DNA from: the human T2T-CHM13v2.0 reference genome, Homo sapiens
NCBI RefSeq assembly: GCF_009914755.1
Contig: NC_060933.1
Direction: 5' to 3' (one strand)
Length of the DNA: 64,000 bases
Shown: piece by piece, positions 54,116 through 64,000 of the stretch
Numbering within the stretch: the first letter of the stretch is position 1
Layout of the letters: every line of letters starts with the position of its first letter
Program-made: the position numbers and the translations under genes
The notes under the pieces: generated by a model
What the model saw: only the letters and a program-made list of their open reading frames with translations
Told to the model about the DNA's origin: nothing
Database searches by the model: none

Positions 54116-54379
54116 ACTCCATGTTTTTCTCACAGCGTTATGTGGCCATCTACAGCTGAGTTTATTAAGTTTTGACTTAAGGCATTCCTTCCGGAACTAG
54201 ATTTCTAGCCAAGACCTCTGAAGGAATCAGATTGCATCCACAGTTACTACAGTATTTCTTGGTCTTCTCTTCCAGAAGGGTGTTCTTCTAGAGGAACTGT
54301 TTACTGACTTGAAATGCTGTTATAAAATCTCAGTTCAAAGGTTGTGTATCTCCCAGGAAACAAATGGCTTTTTTATTCT

Positions 54380-55700
54380 TCGCCACTAGCTTAACACTGC
54401 ATTATAGCTGCTCATAACAAGTCATGGTATGCTAATTTATGAGTCACATGACACACTCAATTCATATTATAGACATTGCCCTGATTATATGTCTCCTTAA
54501 CTGAAATGTTTACATAGTTGTGATGGAATCAATTTTATTAATTTTACAGCATTCACAGGTTTCTCCTCTTCCCAAGACTGCCAGAGAGATCCTGTAATTA
54601 CCTGCCCGGTTTTTCTTCTTAGGAGACATGAGAAAAGAATAGAATTCCTCCAATTATTTTCTGCTTGTTTGTGCCTCTGTAAATTTGACTCTTCTCAGAG
54701 ATGAAACCACCTGGAACACAGCTTCTTTAGAGTTGCACAGTGACACCTGCAAATAGTTAGCAGTGCACCAGGTACAGAAGCACACACACCTGGTGGCAGG
54801 GCAAGATGGGGTGATTCCTGGAGCCAGATCATCCCTGATGTGTTCCTTGCAGTGTTATCAGGGGGATTACAGGAAATAACATACACAAAAAACTGTTTCT
54901 TAACTGCAAAGCACTGTGCAAACGTGAGCTGTTAAGCCAGGTGGTGTGTGCAATGGAGATCACCTTTTGCCGGGGGGTAATCATTTCAGTTTACATAACA
55001 CTTATCACTCCAGGAGCCCCAAGCCCTTGTGAATATTATCCTGAGAAATATCACTTGAAATGAAATGCGCATGCATAAACAGAGTCTAGCAAATGGAGGC
55101 ACCAATTATGATGACAATGACGAAGGTCTTAAATGAGAACATAAACATTTTGACATGTCAGCTCCCAAGGATGTTGCCACTGTAGTCACAACACCTTCTG
55201 AGGGAAAATCAATTCTCAACGTTAATGTTTCCCATGAGTGTTGACTCCTCGGGGGATGGGGGAGGAAGAGGGAAACAAAAGTGGAAAAACATTTTAAAAT
55301 ATGAATTTTATTTTCCATAGCAGTATATCAGAAAACTCAAATATAACTCCACAACTTTTTCAAGAGTTTCTTTTTGTTTTCCAATGGTAACGGGAGAGAA
55401 AATAAGCTGTCATTATCGGAATGATCAAACACAGAGAGAAAAGAGGCAGAGGTAAGTAAAACACCAATTACAGTGTTGCCAATCTGTGTGAATTGGGATT
55501 CTTCCAAACAACAGTGCAAATGGATTTGAGGATGTGGGGAAGGGGATACGGAGGGGGCAGGGAAGAGAGAGCTGCCAAAATACAAGACAGGGAGGCTTAG
55601 AGAAATTGCCCCTTGGCGCTCTGGCAGCAGTTTAATCAGCCAGAGCCCTGTACATTCCCATGCACCAATTCCATTGTGTATGTTCACTTGCAGATTTGGC
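54380..55700. promoter_or_regulatory. Repeat-poor motif-rich island, candidate enhancer
   Basis: ATGCTAAT, TGAGTCA (54440), TGTTTAC, several TAAT/CAATTA cores, palindrome TGACATGTCA 55151-55160. Confidence 0.35.
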
Positions 55701-56459
55701 TTCTGGCTTGCTCTCTTTGTTTGGGTAGCTAGGCATGAAAAAGAATCATCTGCAACCAGAGCTCAACTTAATTCCCAGTTCCTCTCTGGAAACTATCTGT
55801 TGGCATCATGAAATGTTCTGTGTAAAAGGCCATGCTTTGACTGATCAAAAGTGGGATTTCAGACCCTCCATCAGAGTCTTTGTGGATGAAACTCAGCCAA
55901 TTCTCGGAAAGTGACAGAAGAGGCCTGCACCTCTGGCATAATTTGCGTCTCCCCAGCATCTCACTGTTCCTGCCAATGACAAGCAGGAACCCCCGACAAT
56001 TTTTCCTCTCTCTCCTGGCAATGCAATGATGGCCCAGCTGTTTTCTCACTATAAAAAGGCAGTCACTTCTCTCTATCACTACAGTCTATAGCAAAAGGTC
56101 TACTTACATTACTGATTGAACAACCATGTATCATATGAAAAACCACAAAAGAAATTCACAGGAGAGGCTCTAAGATTGCTGATCATTTTATCCACATCCC
56201 AGTGTCTACATCTGAGCATGGTGCTCGGTAGATATTGCATGAATGAAGGACAAGAAATTTGGAAAAATACTGCATTGTCTACTGTTTTCAGAAATATTTA
56301 TGCAGGGTAATTTTAATGTCTGCCATTTTCCCTTGGGTCAGGGAAGCCACTGTATGATATTATAATTGCTTTGATTTGTATCGTGTTACCTACTAGGTTC
56401 AAGACACATTCAGGAGTGTTCTGAAAAACATAATAGAAATTGACAGAAAAAAGTGACTG

Positions 56460-57140
56460 AATAGACTTTCAGAAAATATGAAAGATTGAATACAGAAGTT
56501 TGTTTTCCCTTTTCCAAGCCCCTCTAAAATGACAGGAAAAATAAAAATAAAACATGGATCCCCCAAAACAAAGGAAACAGAAAGGGAAATGACCACAGAT
56601 GATAGACAGCCACAAAATTTTGGACATGGCAACCCAAGAGGAGAGAGGGATGAGGCTACAGGAGGAGGAGTCAACCAGAAGAAGCAAACCAATTTATAGC
56701 TCAGAATCCCCAGAAAGTGTCAGGAATTGAGGATGCCAGCTGCCTCTGAAGGCAAATTGAAAACAAGACAATCAATTAAAAATCTTTGTAAGGAGTAGGC
56801 AAATTCTGAGGTCTCCTAATCAACCCTTTGTGGCCAGGTAGCCAACTCTCCCTACTCCAGCAGAGCACCAAAGATGTCCTCCCTGGAGATGTGGATGAAT
56901 AGGTATTCCAGACTTGGGAACACCAGACACAGCTGAGGTACCACAATTAAATGGAGAAACTAAGCAAAAAATCACATTATAAACAAAAAATCTGACCCAA
57001 CTCCACGCCCTTCTTTATGTCAATTCTCAGAAATACTGCATTGTCATTAAAGCTTAGAACTGTAGACAGGAGAGAGAAAACTAGTCATAAATAACTAGAA
57101 ATAAGAATAGCATCATCTTCTCAATAGCAACAACGGCAGC
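56460..57140 (+). mobile_element. HAL1-like element fragments
   Basis: ctaaaatgacagg...acaaaattttgga...ccccagaaagtgtcaggaattg...cttctcaatagcaaca. Confidence 0.6.
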
Positions 57141-58396
57141 TTGATCTCAATTTACTCTGATTCAATCCCACCCTCACACACCTCAAAATACTTGGTTCTG
57201 TGGCTTTGACTTCATGCATAGACTCCTATAAAATACTAGTGCTTGCCTCTTAAAGCATAGCATATCCATCCAGCCCCTGTGACCAAAGAAATGGTCTTGG
57301 CTCTCATCCTAAAGAGATATTAAGAAGCAGCCTTAACAAAGGAAAAGACCAGCATGGATTGTGCCCCTAGACCTTCTATTCTTTGGATAGTACTTTACCC
57401 TTAATTCCCTGTTCTCCTCTTTTGATTATAACCTAATTGGCAACTGTAGCAGCCAATCTCAGATATGTTCTTGATTTCTGCAATGTAGCCAAAGGCGGAT
57501 TTCATCACATTCTCCTTTTTTTACTTTTTGCTGGTGATGGAAGGAGCAATTGGTTCATGAGCTTGGTTTGATGATTAAATAAATGGCTTGGTGACATTTG
57601 GAGTGTCAGCTTTCCAGATCTGCAATCACCACAAAACTGCAGACACAGATAACGAACCTGGGGTGGAGTTGCTGGGTTCAGAGACCATAGATTGGATATT
57701 ACCTCACCATTAGAACATCAGTCTTGATTTCCCTTTCTTGGCTGCATTTAGAGGCTAGATGCCCGCTCCTCCACAACTATGTAATGGAGACAAGAAGGTG
57801 GTACAAAGAAAGTCCACCACAGTTTATGGAGCCTGCAGAAGCCAGTGTGCTTGACACACACTGTCATCCTGTTGTTGCAAGTATTCTTTTTATAGTGGAG
57901 GAGGAGGACGAAGAGGAGGAGATCACATTTTAAAAAGAATGATCTCATCTTTTTAGGTGAGAAGATGGAGAAGATGAATACATTTGCTTTCAGCAAACCA
58001 ATGGAAGTCCATTTGCATGATCTGAAAAGGAAAATGAGAAGCTAATTTTTCTATACAAGGCAGAATTTAAGAAATACAATTCCTAAGGACTCCAGTGGAT
58101 ACAGCTCTGGTTCCTGGACTTCGTGTTTTGGCTTGGTCTTTCTGCTTTTTCAATTTTGTCACTGGTAAGACTGGCCCCACCTCACCCATGAGGAGCACAT
58201 TTTCAAGGTTAAAATGCTGAGTTAATTAGAGAAAGTGGTGTTATTAACTGAATGGCAATAGAGAAGCAGCAGCAATTGAGGGAAAGGAGATGATAAGTTG
58301 TTTTGGGGCATGGTGAATTTGAGATATCTTGCAGAACATTCAGATCAAGGTTCTTATGACCCCTGAAGTTGTCACGTGTTAACCAGAAAACAGATC

Positions 58397-58765
<369 letters not shown>

Positions 58766-58881
58766 TCAATCAAGTTTAGTCTGGTAGATTTGATTAGAGG
58801 ATAAAATTAAAGTCTTAATCTTTTATAAAACCATCAAGGGATAAGGTAAAGAGTTTTTTCTAAAAAAAAAAAAAAAAAGGC

Positions 58882-59274
58882 TGTTTCAGTCAGGCCACAG
58901 CTAGATTATGCTACAGTAACAAACAACCCCAAAATCTCAGTGACTTAATACATGACAGTTTTATTTCTCATCCATTCTTTATGTCAAGAGCTGACTATGA
59001 GTTCTGCTCAGCATCATCTCGCCCTGGGATTTGAGCTGATGAGCAAACCACCCACCTGGAACATTGCTAGTTTCTACAGCAGAAAAAAAGGAGGATCTCA
59101 CGCTGGCAATTAGATATTCTAGCCCAGATATGACAGACATTATCTTGCTCATATATCAAAGGCCAGGAGTCATCACATAGCCCCACTCAACCACCAAGGA
59201 GGCAGGAAATATCATCCAACCATGAGTCTGGAAAAAGGCGTGCTGCCATCAGTGAGCCATGTTAATAACTACTT
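58882..59274 (-). mobile_element. MLT1I-like LTR
   Basis: tatgctacagtaacaaacaaccccaaaatctcagtgacttaa. Confidence 0.75.
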
Positions 59275-60181
59275 TAAGGCCCAGGGCAGAATTCGTATAA
59301 ACATGCTGCTTCAGAGATGTAAGAACTAAGAGTTAGCATAGAAAGAAGTTAATGAAAGAACCATCAGACATAGGAGGAGGACCAAAAAAGCAAGAGTCAT
59401 GGATGACCAGGAGGAAGAAGAGACAGTGAAGAAAGATGCAAGTGATCAATGCAGTAGTTTCTGATAGGAAGGTGCACCATGCACAGTTAAGACAGACAGA
59501 TTTAAGAAGGCCAACCAGCTGTCTCACAAGGGGAGCTTCAAAATGGCACTCATCTCCTTGATGGATTTCTCAGGATCGCAGTTTCTTTGCCTCAGCCCAA
59601 CCCTAACACCACATCTAACCTTAGTTATTATGATGCACACGTGGGGTTGCCTGTTGCCACTGAACATTCTAAATGTCTAATCCAAACTCTCTTGCTCTGG
59701 TGTCATTCTTATTAAGCAAACTACTGTTTATGGTTTGGCTTCCCTTGAATATCTATCTTCGGTAAGAGAAAATGTTAGTCATACAGACTTAGAGCATTTC
59801 AGACCACATGACAACTCCACTATTAATTGGGTAAGTTTAAAACCCAGTATTCTGATACTTCAGTGTGATGAACTTGGTATATATGAGTCTCCCGCCAAAT
59901 GGTTCCACCCCTGATATGCAGGCAAATATAAGGCCCATGAGCTTTATGTGTAATATCTGATTTTTCTATGAGCATTTAGCAGTAAAGAAAAAGCCAATAA
60001 AGGCAAATTTCCTATTGAAGAGAGACAGAGGGGAGAATAAAAAGGAGAATTCAAGAAGGGGGAGAGCTGGATAACAAGGAATTAAGCAATAAATGAAATA
60101 GGGAAAACAGAGACCATGAGTGGAGACTGCAATTTCAGACATTTAAAGAGCTTGGTGGCCTTTTTGTTTTTGCTGAATTTA

Positions 60182-60504
<323 letters not shown>

Positions 60505-61445
60505 TAAAATGGGACTGTAATTGTTTACAGATTACAAAGTGAGTATAATTTGGCAAAAAATTTAAGGTTATTGATGGTGGGATGAAAATACCAAACCTGA
60601 TTACATGCCAGAAGACAAATGTGTATCAGATTTTTCTATTTCTAAAAATAAGCATGCTATGAATTGCTACATAAATTATATTAGGGTAAGATTATATACT
60701 ACAATACTGTATACAATAATAGGCATTATAATATAATAAATTATAACTCATTATAAACTGATACAATACACTTCAGTCATCAAAACTAGATTGTTAGTGA
60801 GTATTACACGACACAGGAAAAAAAGATGGCTGCTATATAATCTTCAGGGAGTAAAACAGCAGGATTTTTTCAGAGTATGTGCACTATTTTATCAGCTTTG
60901 AAAAGTAGAAAAGACTGGGAAATCTTAAGAATGAGTATGGAAGTGACAGTGTGATTATGACTGATTTTTATTTTATTCTTTATACTTCCCTGTGATATTC
61001 AAATTTTCTATAATGAACTTAGAGTTCTTTTATGATAATGTAAATTATATAGAGAAGCATGCTTCCATTAGCAATTCTGTTTTTAAATTATTTTTGTTAG
61101 TTATACTGGAATTAAAAACTCATTCAATACATTAAATGTAACATTCTTAAATGCTGAGGGTATATATACTCCCAGCTGCTTTTAAAATGAAGTTGTAATT
61201 AGATGGAATAAGAGAATTGAGACTACAAAAGCTCTCTGAAGGTAATAGCAAAGGCGTAAAATACCCTATTTCAAATATTGTGAAATACTGTATGAATGGC
61301 AATCTTTGGGATGTATTTTACAAAATACCACACATATAAATTAAAACTTGACTTTAGATCCGCTCGTAGGTTTTAATACAAATAAGCAAACCAATAATGA
61401 AAATAAGATTATAGAGGCAACAGTGCACCTGCCAAGGAGAATATA

Positions 61446-61750
61446 TTTTCTTTTCTTTTTTCAAGACAGAGTCTCACTCTGACACCCAGGCTGGAGTGCA
61501 GTGACACAATCACAGCTCACTGCAGCCTCAATCTCCAGAGCTCAAGTGATCCTCCTACCTCAGCCTCCAAGTATCTGGGACTGTAGGCACATGCCACCAC
61601 GCCTGGCTAATTTTTTTTTATTTTTTATTTTTTAGGGATGGTGTTTCACTATGCTGCCCAGGCAGGTCTCAAACTCCGGGACTCATGTGATCTTCCCACC
61701 TTGGCCTCCTGAAGTGCTGGGATTACAGGCTTGAGCCACCACACTGGGCC
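61446..61750 (-). mobile_element. AluJ
   Basis: cacagctcactgcagcctca and ctcaagtgatcctcc J features. Confidence 0.92.
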
Positions 61751-62149
61751 TATACCATTTTCAAATAGTGGAGCCATCCATTACATATTTGTAACATATG
61801 TGTTGATTAACAATTAATACTCTTAGTTCCAAGCTCCATTTGGCAATACAAAATAAATGGAGGGTTTGCTCACATCTGATGGATATGACTTTCTCTGTGA
61901 AGACTGAAGCAAGATCATCTGAGTGTAAGGAGGCAGTATAAGTTCGGAAATTAAGGAAGGTAGAGATGCTTAAGGTAGCTTTGCAGAGAATAGGAGCGCA
62001 TGTCCACCAGACAGATGTTATAGGATTGCCATGGCTTGAAGTTTGAAACCCAGCTGTGGATGATTGAGATGATTCATGTATTTAATGATACTAATAGAAT
62101 GATACCCGTGAGCAAGCTGGATTCCTAGGATGCAAAAAGAAAATAGCTT

Positions 62150-63090
62150 TATTCTTCACCTTCAACTGCCCATTTGAATCTTCTTTTAGGCCAGTTCTTT
62201 TCCCCTCCCCAACTTCAAATGAAATAATAGAAAGGTCTTTGGACTCTCTGATCATCTCAGATAATAAAATGCCCTCTGGTCACTTCAGTTCCAAACCACA
62301 ACCTCGGTTTATAAATTAATCTGCCCAGAAACTCCCAACTTCATCGTAGGCTTGGCAATGCTTTAGACTAAGGGGCCTATAGTGGGGAATGAGATACCCA
62401 TCTCTGTGTTCCCTTTAATGCTACTTCTCCATGACCCTGACTTTGTTTCCCCAGCACTTAGCTACCAATGGGTCTTCCAGGATGGGAAGCAGAGACAGCA
62501 GGAAGGGAAGAGGAAGAAAGGTCTTATTTGACCTACATAGGTATAAGCTGGTGTAGCTGCCCTCTGGCTCTGGCTGATGTTTCAAGCTGACTTTTATACT
62601 CTCATCTCAGTATCTGTAGCCTCCTCAGACACTCACCTTCTGGACCTGTCCAACTGGAATTCCTTCACTCAGGTAGTGCCTCTCCTTTAAGCAGCTGTTT
62701 ACAATCTCCCTCTACTTCTCCATCCAGTGAAACCTTCAACCTCTTTTTGTCAAGGACACCTCATCCATTCCAGGAAGCCCTCTGGGTTAGAATTCCTTAT
62801 AAAACAACTCAGACTCACATTCCTACTGTGGATTTTATTTGGTCCCCAGAAAAATACAACTTTGGCCTGGCATAAGCCAAAAAGTGCTTACTTCCTAAGT
62901 GCAGCCCTCTGCTGTGCTGATACTGTTCACTTCAGCCAGCCTCTCACTCAAAGGCTTTCTCTTTTGGCATAAGTCAATTCCTGCCCGTGTCTCCAAGTTT
63001 CAAAAGATACCTAACAAGATCTCTTTGAAGTTCTCACATGATGGAGGGTCTGGGGATGGGGTGGTAAGGAGTGTCAAATAGGAAGAATTC
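62150..63090 (-). mobile_element. Possible ancient LTR (LTR78-like)
   Basis: ggaagggaagaggaagaaaggtcttatttgac resembles recalled LTR78 sequence; weak. Confidence 0.35.
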
Positions 63091-63499
63091 ACAGCTAAAG
63101 GTAAAGTACAGATCACAAAACCTATTTTCATGCACGTTCTTTAGAAGTCATTGATAGATGGGCTAATACTTTGCCTTGGAATTTGACAGTATTTGGCATC
63201 TTTGGTTTTGGGGCCCAGTGAAAACTAGAACGAAGAGTTCTATTTTAACTCTATCTTCCTTCTGTGCAATTTCTCCGGTACTGTTCAGCCTCCTAGTAGA
63301 AGAGAAAGATGGTTGGGTCTAAGTTGTATCAAATAGAAATGATAAAAAATAGAGTAGCAAGGGGCTTTGGGCTCTGGCAAGAGTGACTGAATTGATGCAT
63401 CATAGAATCAAACTGGAGAAGGAAGAAAGGAAGAAGATTAGTGGCCTAAAGGGCTCAGGAAGTTGGAGAATGTAGAAATAGTTGAGTAAACATTCTGGA

Positions 63500-63900
63500 A
63501 AGATACTTTAACAGCTGATTGGCTAAAGGAAAGGGAGACGAGATACAGTGGAATGGTCTTTGGGATTTGGAGCCTTATGGATGAGACAGATTATGGAATC
63601 ATTCACAGGATTAGAGTACTGGGGAAGAGAACTGGTTTTCAGGGCATAATGATAAACTTCATTTTGAATAAACTGAACAGGAGAGGATAATGAGACATCT
63701 AAGTGGCATAGAGGGCTGGAGTTCAGAAGAAACACAGGATTCAAGATATGCCTTTCAGAGTGAAGACCAGAAACATTATTGGGGGTCAGGATTCAGTGAT
63801 ACCTCCAAAGGAGAAAATGTGAAGACTGAAATGCAGGGGTTGAGGACCATTTTGTTAAAGGAAAGTGTATAATGAGAACCTGTTAACACAGAAGAAATGG
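63500..63900 (-). mobile_element. L2 fragment
   Basis: ataatgataaacttcattttgaataaactga...gagacatctaagtgg...ctggagttcagaaga. Confidence 0.7.
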
Positions 63901-64000
63901 AGTTCTCTGTCATTCAAGACAAAGAGCTGCATCTGAGTCAAGGTAATCTGCTCTGAATAGTGCTTCATCCAAAAATATCTCCTCTTTTTTTCCCAATCAT

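Overview
Primate (most likely human or great ape) non-coding genomic DNA, either intergenic or deep intronic. The assignment rests on AluY/S/J, THE1, MST, L1PB1 and L1MA elements. I find no credible intact protein-coding gene: every recognisable ORF in the track is a decayed L1, ERV-L, Alu or other repeat reading frame. Roughly half the window is recognisable transposon fossil. Main items are a near full-length ~7 kb L1MA4-like element splitting an MLT1C LTR, a dense LTR field at 19.5-30.6 kb, a tailless 5S rRNA retropseudogene, a two-LTR ERV-L provirus remnant, a probable Gypsy gag/protease relic and many DNA-transposon MITEs. Between these lie repeat-poor islands rich in TF motifs (2.6-2.9, 4.4-5.2, 15-17.7, 37.7-38.2, 54.4-55.7 kb) that look like enhancers. 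I cannot demonstrate a new biological system. The best leads are: a duplicated 56-bp non-repeat module (47/56 identical, 1455 bp apart) next to a Sox-Oct site, a recursive-splice-like AG|GTAAG site, a DNA-transposon fragment apparently carried in at the 5' end of the L1, and a THE1D LTR with a perfect DUX4 site. Repeat family names come from recalled consensus sequences, not from a database search, so subfamily calls and boundaries are approximate.
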